64,000 nucleotides of DNA. Source: an uncultured bacterium (GTDB taxonomy: Bacteria > Babelota > Babeliae > Babelales > Babelaceae). Shown here piece by piece: positions 19,014-28,143 of this stretch. The position numbers and the translations under genes are program-made. The stretch covers positions 480,001 to 544,000 of the forward strand of contig OY970332.1 of the NCBI GenBank assembly GCA_963717435.1, in the 5' to 3' direction. The notes under the pieces were generated by a model. The model searched no databases. It saw only the letters and a list, made by a program, of their open reading frames with translations, and was not told the DNA's origin. Every line of letters starts with the position of its first letter. Position 1 is the first letter of the stretch.

Positions 19014-20459
19014 TTAAAGCACAGGTCCCTGCTTGGCGCCAGTTCCGCCGTTATAATATTTGTTTTTCAGAGCAAGAGTTAATGGGCTTTGGGTCAAACT
19101 TGTATTGGCATTGTATCTTGCCAATGCAAATACTGCGGTGCCGCTTATGGTTGCAAATCCACCAGCAACAATTTGTCCATTAGATTGCATTGCTATTGAG
19201 TTTATTTTGCTATTTGTACTACCAGTAATTGCAGTGGTGACAATTCCATTTGTACCGAAGCTGCTATCCAAACTTCCATTGGAGGTGTATCGTGCTAATG
19301 CCAATTGGTTTAAGCCACTTATGTCAGCAAATCCACCGACAACAATTTTACCATCTGATTGCATTGTTATTGAGTTTATAGAGGCATTTGTCCCGATTTG
19401 CGTATTAACTATCCCGTTGGTATCAAAACTTGTATCTAATGTTCCATTGGTATTCAATCTGGCCACAGCAAATTCCGTATTCAATCCGTTTACTGCCTCT
19501 CCAGCGGCAACGATTTTACCATCTGTTTGGATGGTTACTGATAATATTTCGGAAATCGTGATGTTTCCGCTGATTGGGAGGACTGCAAAGCCATCGGTCC
19601 CAAAAGTTGTGTCAAATGTCCCGTTGCTGCTATATCTGACTAACACAGGAAACTGGTTTCCGCCGGAGCTTGCATATCCACCAGCAACGATTTGACCGTT
19701 GGGTTGCAAGGCTATTGAGCTTATTTGGGTAGTTAAACTATTGTCACTACCTGGGATTTCAGTGGCAACAATACCATTAGTTCCAAAATTGACGTCCAAA
19801 GTTCCATTAGTATTGTATCTTGCCAATGCAAATACGTTTATACCGCCGCTTATTGTTGCATATCCACCAGCAACAATTTGTCCATTAGGTTGTATTGCTA
19901 TTGAGTTTATTTGATTCTCATTGCCACTAATTATCGTGGTAATAACACCATTGGTACCAAAATTGGTGTCCAAAGTCCCATTAGTATTGTATCTTGCCAG
20001 CGCAAATTCAAAGACGCCGCCTATGATTGCAAATCCACCGGCAAGAATTTTGCCATCAGTTTGGATAGCTATTGATAATATCCTGCTACCTGAACTGCCG
20101 CTGATTTGTGTTGTAACAATGCCACTCGTGCCAAAATTGATATCTAAGCTTCCACTAGTGTTGTATCTTGCCAATGTGAATGAATTTGGGCCGCTTATGT
20201 TTGACTGCCCGCCCGCGACAATTTGGCCATTGCTTTGTATGGCTATTGATTCTAAAAATCCAGTGATTTGCGAGCTAACAACCGTGCCAGGAGGCGTGCC
20301 TTGTATATTAAAAGATGTGTCAAGCGTGCCCTGCATTGAAAATAATTGTGGCGCAAAACTTATTAAAAGCAGGCGCGAAAAATTTTTAAAATTTTTCGCG
20401 CCTGCTTTTGGATTGATATTATTTGATAAAGTATTTGAAAAAGTATTTGAAATTTTCAT
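19014..20459 (-). CDS. Secreted delta-60 repeat (beta-propeller) protein, paralogue 2
   Basis: Same repeat and near-identical C-terminal tail as paralogue 1; start placed at ATG 20459. Confidence 0.88.
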   Translation of the reverse strand: MKISNTFSNTLSNNINPKAGAKNFKNFSRLLLISFAPQLFSMQGTLDTSFNIQGTPPGTVVSSQITGFLESIAIQSNGQIVAGGQSNISGPNSFTLARYNTSGSLDINFGTSGIVTTQISGSSGSRILSIAIQTDGKILAGGFAIIGGVFEFALARYNTNGTLDTNFGTNGVITTIISGNENQINSIAIQPNGQIVAGGYATISGGINVFALARYNTNGTLDVNFGTNGIVATEIPGSDNSLTTQISSIALQPNGQIVAGGYASSGGNQFPVLVRYSSNGTFDTTFGTDGFAVLPISGNITISEILSVTIQTDGKIVAAGEAVNGLNTEFAVARLNTNGTLDTSFDTNGIVNTQIGTNASINSITMQSDGKIVVGGFADISGLNQLALARYTSNGSLDSSFGTNGIVTTAITGSTNSKINSIAMQSNGQIVAGGFATISGTAVFALARYNANTSLTQSPLTLALKNKYYNGGTGAKQGPVL

Positions 20460-20568
20460 AAGAAATATCCTCTCTCTTTTTTGATTCTTTTTTGATACAG
20501 ACTTTTGCAACATAACATTACTTTATAATTTTTTAAAACAAAAATTTCAAAGTAATTTGAATATATTT

Positions 20569-21696
20569 TTAAAATTCCCGAATTATGCTGTTAATTTTTA
20601 GATGAAAATCCAAGTAAAAAAGAAAAACAACTACAAAACTTATTAATTCGGTCCAAGCTACGGGATCACCTAATTTATTTTTTACTGATTGGAATATGTT
20701 TTCACTATTTTTGAGTATATTTTTATAGCTTTGATTTTTTGATAACAAATAATTTGTTAAATTTTTAGGTCCCTCAAAATCAAGATATGGTGGTTCAAGA
20801 TATGGTGGTATGGGCGTACCATAATTTTTTGAAAACATATTGCAAACAGATGATGAAATTGTAAGGTAGATTTTCATGACGAAAATAATCATATATGGTA
20901 AATTGCCGAGATTTGAAGACAATTCTTCGGTGTAACATATATCAAACTCTCTTCCCATTAAGTAATCTGACAAATTCGCCAGAATATATTCTTCTAATAT
21001 CGCTGCAATTAAAGCTATCGCGCATAAGCCATAAATTACTCGTTTTTCACGACTTAATCTGTTTTCTAGAATTTTTATTATCTTATCACTTGCAAAGCTA
21101 CCATCCTGTTTTGCGCACGAAATTAGTTTATTGAAATTAATTTTTGGTTCTAGGGTATATTCTGTATTGAACTTCGCAAGTCGTTCAGAAGATATATGTT
21201 TAAACATAGCTTCAAGAAGTTTGTAATGGTTGGTTGTTACTGCGAGCCCAATTAGATCTTCGGGACCATTTTTTAAAGTTTTTCTTACAGCTGTTATGCC
21301 GTTAAAATTATTTTTTAACCAGTCAGTAGCAAGTATTTTGGTTAATTTTTCAGTACCACCGGCCACTGGCATTTTTGTTGTTGTTTTTGCTATAAGAAAA
21401 TTTACTAAAGCATTAAGTTTTTTGCTTGTTTTTCTTAAGCTTATTAGTGCATCTATTGTATCAAAACTTACTTCATATTTCTGGTCGGCAATTAAAAAAT
21501 CGATTATCTCGCTCCAAATGTCTTTTGGGAGAACTCCAAATGCTTCCAGGGCGGAATTTTGTTCTTTTGAAACAAGTTTTGTTTCAGGGCTTCTTGCGAG
21601 ACTCTTCTTGTTCTTATGTTTAGTGGCCAAGATATCTGATGTTATAAGTGCAGATATCAGAATAGACATTAAAAAAAGTAGCTTTGTAAATTTCAT
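20569..21696 (-). CDS. Exported hypothetical protein with F-box-like motif and C-terminal hydrophobic segments
   Basis: Signal peptide; LPKDIWSEIIDFL...LISLRKTSKKLNALV. Confidence 0.55.
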   Translation of the reverse strand: MKFTKLLFLMSILISALITSDILATKHKNKKSLARSPETKLVSKEQNSALEAFGVLPKDIWSEIIDFLIADQKYEVSFDTIDALISLRKTSKKLNALVNFLIAKTTTKMPVAGGTEKLTKILATDWLKNNFNGITAVRKTLKNGPEDLIGLAVTTNHYKLLEAMFKHISSERLAKFNTEYTLEPKINFNKLISCAKQDGSFASDKIIKILENRLSREKRVIYGLCAIALIAAILEEYILANLSDYLMGREFDICYTEELSSNLGNLPYMIIFVMKIYLTISSSVCNMFSKNYGTPIPPYLEPPYLDFEGPKNLTNYLLSKNQSYKNILKNSENIFQSVKNKLGDPVAWTELISFVVVFLFYLDFHLKINSIIREF

Positions 21697-21727
21697 GTTT
21701 TTTAAATTACTTTTTATTTTTTTAATT

Positions 21728-23716
21728 TTAATGCGATATCGGGTTGGGTGTGAAAAATATTGAACTTGTGTAGTTTTTATAGTCTATTAGTTTATATAAT
21801 TTTTGTAGAATATTAATGTTATGGCACTTTAAATATATCTTTCTTGCGTGGGTTTTTTTGATCATAGCAACAGGCGGCAGTGCGGGGCCAAGAAGCATAA
21901 CCGGCAGTTTTTGTTCTTCTATAATATCGCTTAAATAATTTGCAAGATTTTGTGAGTCGGTTTCGATATCTTGCTCACTTGTGTTTTTCAGTTCTATTTC
22001 AGCAAGTCTGATCACCGGCGGGTATTCAACCATCTTGCGTTTTTCAATTTCGTAATCATAAAATTTCATATAATCAGCTTCGTTAATAAACTTATATATA
22101 TTATGATTTAATAAAGTTTGAATAATAACTTTACTATTCTCAGACTGTCTGCCAGCTCTTCCCGCGACTTGAATTAATTGCTGTAATGTAATTTCAGCGC
22201 AGTTATAAACCGGAAAATTTAAATTTACATCCGCCCAAATAACGCCAACAAGCGTAACCTTTGGAAAGTGGTAACCCTTAGTAACAGTTTGTGTGCCTAC
22301 AAGAATATCGATATCCCCATTTTCGAAGTTTTTTATTGTTTCGGCCCATTTTTTGCGATCAACAGTGCTATCAACATCAGCTCTTGCAATTTTTGCTTCC
22401 GGAAATAATCTTTGCAAAATATCTGCAACCTGTTGGGTGCCGAGCCCTTTTTTTAGAAAATTTTTGCTGTCTTTTTTACAGGAATCACAATTTTGGGGTA
22501 AGATTTTTGAGAACCCACAATAGTGGCAAATAAGCTTCTCTTGGCCATGAAGCGTTAAGCTTACAGAACAGCTTGCGCATGAAAAAACATAAGAGCATAA
22601 TTTGCATTGAACAAAAAAACTGTAACCCCGTCTGTTAATAAAAACTATAGTCTGTTCTTTGTTAATAAGTTGGGTATGTATTAAATCTTCAAGCTTTTGG
22701 CTAACCCAAAAATTTTTATTTTTTTTATCTTCTTTAAGATTAACTATTTCTATATTGGGAAACTTTCCAGAAAATCTTTTTTTTAGTTCAAACAGGTTCC
22801 AGTTTTTGTTTTTTATATTATAAATAGAGCTGATAGATGGCGTTGCAGATCCTAAAACTACGGGAATCTTGCAACAACTTGCCCTTAATATTGCAGCGTC
22901 TTTGGAGTTAACTTTTGGATGTTTTTTTTCTTGATAGCCGCTATCATGCTCTTCGTCGATAATAATTAAACCCAGATTTGATATGGGCAATAAAATTGGC
23001 AGATGAACGCCAATAATGAGTATTGGGGTTTTGTTTAATAGTTTTGACCATAGCTCTTTTTTGTTACTCACACTTGTTGCGCTATGAAACCCATAAATTT
23101 CAATTAATCCCTCAAGTTGTTTTTTTAATAATTTTTCAAATTGTGTCGCAAGCGAAACTTCCGGCAGCATCAAGATTACAGATTTTTTATTATTTATAGA
23201 TTCCAGTATTAACTTTTTATATATCTCTGTTTTTCCAGAGCCGGTTACCCCATGTATTAAGTTTGCTTTATATTCGGGGTTAATTATAAATTTTGCGATC
23301 TCGTTTACTATATTTTCTTGTTCAAGAGTAAGCTTGGTGTCAGAAGTTAATACTTCTTGGGGGTCTTTAAGTTCGCCGATAACTTCTTCAGTTTCAAGCT
23401 CTTTGTTATCGAGAAATTTTCTTATACGTTTTAAAAAAGTAATAGGATCTAGGCAGTAATAATTGGCAAGTTTTTCCAAAAATTCAAAGTAGCCCTTATC
23501 GCCAGGAACATCTTCTATGTTGTCTATTTCGCGAACTTTAAATTTGGTATTAATATCAAGAGTTTCAAATGTTTCTAAAATTACCGCAAATTCATGTTTT
23601 TTTTGGATGGGAACTTTTACTATAGAGCCGATCAGGTTTTCTTCTAACCAGCTATCTGGGAACGAGTAAGTAAGAAGCTCTTGATAGCCTCTGAGTAATC
23701 TAACTTTGGCAAACAT
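21728..23716 (-). CDS. priA: Primosomal protein N'
   Basis: GVTGSGKTE, IIDEEHD, GSATPS, NRRGY, four CxxC pairs, QVAGRAGR. Confidence 0.97.
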   Translation of the reverse strand: MFAKVRLLRGYQELLTYSFPDSWLEENLIGSIVKVPIQKKHEFAVILETFETLDINTKFKVREIDNIEDVPGDKGYFEFLEKLANYYCLDPITFLKRIRKFLDNKELETEEVIGELKDPQEVLTSDTKLTLEQENIVNEIAKFIINPEYKANLIHGVTGSGKTEIYKKLILESINNKKSVILMLPEVSLATQFEKLLKKQLEGLIEIYGFHSATSVSNKKELWSKLLNKTPILIIGVHLPILLPISNLGLIIIDEEHDSGYQEKKHPKVNSKDAAILRASCCKIPVVLGSATPSISSIYNIKNKNWNLFELKKRFSGKFPNIEIVNLKEDKKNKNFWVSQKLEDLIHTQLINKEQTIVFINRRGYSFFVQCKLCSYVFSCASCSVSLTLHGQEKLICHYCGFSKILPQNCDSCKKDSKNFLKKGLGTQQVADILQRLFPEAKIARADVDSTVDRKKWAETIKNFENGDIDILVGTQTVTKGYHFPKVTLVGVIWADVNLNFPVYNCAEITLQQLIQVAGRAGRQSENSKVIIQTLLNHNIYKFINEADYMKFYDYEIEKRKMVEYPPVIRLAEIELKNTSEQDIETDSQNLANYLSDIIEEQKLPVMLLGPALPPVAMIKKTHARKIYLKCHNINILQKLYKLIDYKNYTSSIFFTPNPISH

Positions 23717-23790
23717 GATAACCTGTTTTATAAATTTTTTTAGGTAGATTTTGTTGAGTTTTATACAGTTGTATAAATATATGCTTATGC

Positions 23791-23843
23791 CCGCTCGTCC
23801 CGAGTGATCACCGAAACGCAGTGAAGGTGATTGTATCGAGGGA
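23791..23843 (+). repeat. Structured palindromic repeat, copy 2
   Basis: CCGCTCG-TCCC-GAGTG-ATCACC-loop-GGTGAT-TGTATCGA-GGGA. Confidence 0.92.
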
Positions 23844-23857
23844 TGGCGGCGACTCGA

Positions 23858-23910
23858 TACCTCGATACATTTTTCTTCGCTTTGCTACGAAAAACACTCG
23901 GGACGAGCGG
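23858..23910 (-). repeat. Structured palindromic repeat, copy 3 (inverted partner of copy 2)
   Basis: Minus strand CCGCTCG-TCCC-GAGTG-TTTTTC-gtagcaaagcgaa-GAAAAA-TGTATCGA-GGTA. Confidence 0.92.
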
Positions 23911-24072
23911 CTTGTTTGCCCAAATCATAGAAGCCCAGCAGAATCTAAAGTTAAGTATACTAACTTAATCAAAATTTAGTATAAAATTTGATATAAAAAA
24001 TAACTATAAAAATTAAAAAAATATTATTGTGATATAATTATATTATATCAAGTTTAAAATTTAGAGGACCTC

Positions 24073-26793
24073 GTGGAAAATAACGTAAAAGATAAAGTTT
24101 TTGTTATCGACGGCTCCGCGTTTTTATATCGCGCATATTATAGCCTAAAGCCACTTCACTCAAAAGACGGCAGAGCCATACAAGCAGTTTATGGATTTGT
24201 CAGAATGCTCAAAAAACTGATGAACAAATTTGACCCCAAATTTATGGTTCTTGTTTGGGATAGCCGTGGAGAAACTGAGCGCCATGAGATTTTTTCTGAA
24301 TATAAAGCAACTCGTCAGGCGGCGCCCAACGATCTTTTTGATCAAAAAACGTTAATCCAAGAATTTTCAGATATCATAAAATTGCGCCAACTTTCTCGCC
24401 CTGCAACAGAAGCAGATGATCTGATTTTTTCTCTGGCAAAAGATGTTGACCCCAACGACGTTGTTGTTGTGAGCTCAGATAAAGATATGGCCCAAATGCT
24501 ATCTGATAGGGTTATAATATTTGATCCATTTAAAGACGAGTTTCTGGATGCCCAAAAATTTCAAGAAAAATATGGTCTGCCTGTTAACAAAATAGTTTTT
24601 TACTACTCGCTTATTGGGGATAGTTCGGACAATATTCCTGGTGTTAAAGGCATCGGCCCCAAATCAGCTGAAGTTCTTGTAAATAAATTTAATTCACTTG
24701 AGGATCTATATAATAATTTAGAATCTGTAGAGAACAAAAGAACAAAAGAGTTGCTTTTGGCTAATCGCGACAATGCATTTTTGAGTGAAAAGCTTTTTAA
24801 AATGTACTATTATGACACCGGTCTTAAACTCAAAGATTGCGAATTTGATGCAAAAAATTGGGGACTGGCTTTAGAGTTTTTCAAAGAGCTTAATTTTCAG
24901 TCTATTTTAAAAGATATGCCAGAATATAAGTCTGAGCAGCATGAGCAAAAAACTCTTTTTACCTCTCAAAATAATTATATTCTTGTTAACACCAGCGCGC
25001 TTCTTGATGAACTTTGCCAAAAAATAAAACAAGCAAAATTTTGTTCTTTGGACACAGAAACGGACGGCCTGAACCCGTTAAGAGCAAAATGTGTGGGGGT
25101 ATCTCTTTGTGTAGAACCCGGCACAGCTTACTATGTCCCAATCGGGCATATAGCTGGGCACGCAACCCAAGATTTACAACTGGGTAAAGACGAAGTCGTA
25201 GAAAAATTAAAGCCAATCTTAGAAGACAAAAATATAAAAAAAATCTTGCATCATGCAAAATTTGACATGCTTGTTATCTCAGCTCTGGGAATAAATCTTG
25301 AGGGCCTAGAGTTTGATACGCTGATAGCTGCAAGTTTGGTTGCAACTGACGGCAACAGAATTAATCTTAAGTTTTTGTCAGAGTTTTATTTAAATCAGCC
25401 GATGCCGACTTTTAAAGAAGTGGTCACCGATAAGGGCTATAAAAACTTTTCGCAGGTTCCTGTTCAAGATGCAATTGCATATGCATGCACAGATGCTCAC
25501 CAGACTTTGTTATTAAGGCCAATACTAGAAAAGCTTCTTGAAGAAAACAGCATGACCAAGCTTTTTTATGACCTAGAGATGCCCACCAATCAAGTTTTGT
25601 ATTTGATGGAAAAAGAGGGAATCTTGGTTGATATTAAAGAACTTCAAGATTTAAAAGTTAAAGTCGATCAACGACTTGCGGCAATTAAAATGGAGATTTT
25701 GGCACTGCTTCCGGAAGATTTGATCGATATAAATTTAAATTCTCCAAAGCAGCTAGAAGATTTATTATTTAACAAGTTGCAGTTGATACCAGTCAAAAAA
25801 ACAACGGGGAAAACCGGATATTCGACAGATTATGAAGTCTTGCTCGAGCTTGCAAAGATTCACCCGGTTCCAGGTTTAATTATAAAATATCGCGAACTGT
25901 TTAAATTGAAAAGTACTTATGTAGATGCTTTTTTTGATTATATAGACCCTAGAACTTCAAAGATTCACACAAGTTTCAATCAAACATCTGTTGCAACTGG
26001 CCGACTCGCAAGCTCAGATCCTAATATGCAAAATATCCCAGTGGAGCAACTTTATGCTGATATTAATATCAGGTCGATATTTAAAGCTCCAGAAAATCAT
26101 GTTTTTATTTCTGCTGACTATTCTCAAATAGAGCTTCGTGTGCTTGCATATTTTTCTCAAGATAAAAACTTGCTTCAGGCGTTTAAAGAAAATCAGGACA
26201 TTCATGCAATTACAGCAGCGGGCTTATTCGATGTTGCGCCAGATAAGATTACAAGAGAGCAGCGAGAGTTTGGTAAACGAATTAACTTTAGTATTTTATA
26301 CGGCTTAACGGCTTATGGATTAAGCCAAGATCTTAACGTCTCTTTTTCTGATGCACAAAAATATATAGACAAATATTTTGCACAATTTCCTGGAGTCTCT
26401 TCTTGGATGGAGTCTGTTGTGAAAGAAACGATCGACAACGGCTACGTTACAACTTATATGGGCCGCCGCAGATATATTCCTGGGATATATGAAAAAAACA
26501 GAAACCTGTTTGACGCTGCAAAACGTGTTGCGATTAACACCAAAGCGCAGGGCACTGCTGCTGAGATTATGAAGCTCGCGATGATCAACCTAAATTCGCG
26601 TTTTGAAGAACTTGGGCAAGATTCGAAAATAATTTTGCAAATTCATGACGAACTCTTAATTTCTGTTCCAGAAAGCAAACTTCAAGAAACAGAATTAGAG
26701 ATTAAAAATATCTTAGAGTTGGTTGTTGATTGGAACGTGCCGCTTAAAGTGACAACAAGATCTGGCAAAGACTGGGCCCAAGTAACAAAGTAG
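24073..26793 (+). CDS. polA: DNA polymerase I
   Basis: 5'-3' exonuclease (IDGS, EADD, GDSSDNIPG), 3'-5' exonuclease (LDTET), polymerase (ADYSQIELR, INFSILYG, QIHDEL). Confidence 0.98.
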   Translation: MENNVKDKVFVIDGSAFLYRAYYSLKPLHSKDGRAIQAVYGFVRMLKKLMNKFDPKFMVLVWDSRGETERHEIFSEYKATRQAAPNDLFDQKTLIQEFSDIIKLRQLSRPATEADDLIFSLAKDVDPNDVVVVSSDKDMAQMLSDRVIIFDPFKDEFLDAQKFQEKYGLPVNKIVFYYSLIGDSSDNIPGVKGIGPKSAEVLVNKFNSLEDLYNNLESVENKRTKELLLANRDNAFLSEKLFKMYYYDTGLKLKDCEFDAKNWGLALEFFKELNFQSILKDMPEYKSEQHEQKTLFTSQNNYILVNTSALLDELCQKIKQAKFCSLDTETDGLNPLRAKCVGVSLCVEPGTAYYVPIGHIAGHATQDLQLGKDEVVEKLKPILEDKNIKKILHHAKFDMLVISALGINLEGLEFDTLIAASLVATDGNRINLKFLSEFYLNQPMPTFKEVVTDKGYKNFSQVPVQDAIAYACTDAHQTLLLRPILEKLLEENSMTKLFYDLEMPTNQVLYLMEKEGILVDIKELQDLKVKVDQRLAAIKMEILALLPEDLIDINLNSPKQLEDLLFNKLQLIPVKKTTGKTGYSTDYEVLLELAKIHPVPGLIIKYRELFKLKSTYVDAFFDYIDPRTSKIHTSFNQTSVATGRLASSDPNMQNIPVEQLYADINIRSIFKAPENHVFISADYSQIELRVLAYFSQDKNLLQAFKENQDIHAITAAGLFDVAPDKITREQREFGKRINFSILYGLTAYGLSQDLNVSFSDAQKYIDKYFAQFPGVSSWMESVVKETIDNGYVTTYMGRRRYIPGIYEKNRNLFDAAKRVAINTKAQGTAAEIMKLAMINLNSRFEELGQDSKIILQIHDELLISVPESKLQETELEIKNILELVVDWNVPLKVTTRSGKDWAQVTK

Positions 26794-26818
26794 ATTTCAA
26801 ACATAACTTTGGAAAATC

Positions 26819-28039
26819 GTGAATATAAACAATAAAATTTTTGCACTAAATCTATTATTTATTTTTAGTTTCCTGCGCTCAATGGAAAGCGAGCAAAAAG
26901 TAGCTAAATGGCAAGAACTCCCTAAAGAAGTGCTGGTTCTTGTTTGTGGCTTTTTGATAGAGGACAAAAAAGCAAAAGAAGACACAATCAAAGTCTTTGT
27001 TGCGCTAGATAATTTTAGATTAAGCAGTAAATCAAACTACGCCATTGTTGGTATTTTGATTAAAAATTTTGCCAGTAAAAAATCTGAAAGCATGACTGAT
27101 CAAGCTAAAAAACTCGAAGAAATTAACAGTTATAATTACTTAAAATTTAAGCAAGAGTATATGATAGATTTGTGGGACAGAAAGATAAATAATATAGTGC
27201 TGATAGAAGTTTATAAAGATAATCCAGATCCTATTCTTAAAAAAATTAGAGCTGCTTTAAACTTAAAAGCATATTTTTGGTCGAAAAGACAAATTAAAAA
27301 TAATGAAGAATATGAAAAAAGATTAAAAGGACTACTGTCAGAGCGTTTCAGTGCATATGACACCTTTGCTCCGCCAAAAGGAGAAAAACTCACTGAGTTT
27401 AATGTGTATTTAAAGAAACTTTTGGACTTGGGAGTTGGTGCGAATTCTGAAATTCATATTGATAATCATCATACGAGATACTGGGGCGGAATGATTTATT
27501 TAACTGTAATGGCGCGTGACGTTGTTACTACAAAATTGTTGCTTGATTATGGAGCCGATCCAAATTTGGTTAGTTCTTGGGGAGGATCAATCACGAAAGG
27601 AACACCTCTGAGTTTTGCTCTTACGATTAAAAACGTTGAACTTTGTAAATTGTTTCTGGAAAATGGCCCACTCAAAGCTGATCAAAATATGGAGATTATT
27701 TATGAGGAGGATATTTATGGAGTAGGTATCGACAGAATGGTAAATAAAAATCATTTGGCTTATTTATTCTGGCTCCGTAAATCAGGGGAAGTGTCGCCGG
27801 TTGAGTTGATAAAATTGCTTTTAAAAAATGGAGCCGCGCCGCTCAATACAGACGTTAATTTATATAAAAGTGACAATTCTGAGCATGATCTGTATTTTTG
27901 CGCTGTGTATCACTGGCGGTTTCGATCTTGGGACATAGAGAAAGGGCGCCCAGATATTGACGAGGTTCTCAATTTGCTTAAAGACGCATTTGAGGCGTGG
28001 TGGGCAAAAAACCATAAGAGTGAAAATAATACGAATTAG
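26819..28039 (+). CDS. Exported protein with F-box-like motif and ankyrin repeats
   Basis: Signal peptide; WQELPKEVLVLVCGFL; KLLLDYGADPN, GTPLSFAL...ELCKLFLENG, LIKLLLKNGA. Confidence 0.7.
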   Translation: MNINNKIFALNLLFIFSFLRSMESEQKVAKWQELPKEVLVLVCGFLIEDKKAKEDTIKVFVALDNFRLSSKSNYAIVGILIKNFASKKSESMTDQAKKLEEINSYNYLKFKQEYMIDLWDRKINNIVLIEVYKDNPDPILKKIRAALNLKAYFWSKRQIKNNEEYEKRLKGLLSERFSAYDTFAPPKGEKLTEFNVYLKKLLDLGVGANSEIHIDNHHTRYWGGMIYLTVMARDVVTTKLLLDYGADPNLVSSWGGSITKGTPLSFALTIKNVELCKLFLENGPLKADQNMEIIYEEDIYGVGIDRMVNKNHLAYLFWLRKSGEVSPVELIKLLLKNGAAPLNTDVNLYKSDNSEHDLYFCAVYHWRFRSWDIEKGRPDIDEVLNLLKDAFEAWWAKNHKSENNTN

Positions 28040-28143
28040 TTTTTTGTTTGTGCGAATATTTGGCCGGAAATTTTGCTAGAGACAGTTTTTTTTAATAAGC
28101 TTCTTGTTGTCAAAAATTAGATGAACTAGTAGAAAGCGAAGAC

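Noticed and set aside
17719-20484. Long plus-strand ORFs and ~165-bp periodic DNA repeats, considered as a CRISPR array or overlapping genes
   Set aside because: The periodicity comes from delta-60 protein repeats varying at synonymous positions, with no repeat-spacer structure; the plus-strand ORFs are antisense shadows.
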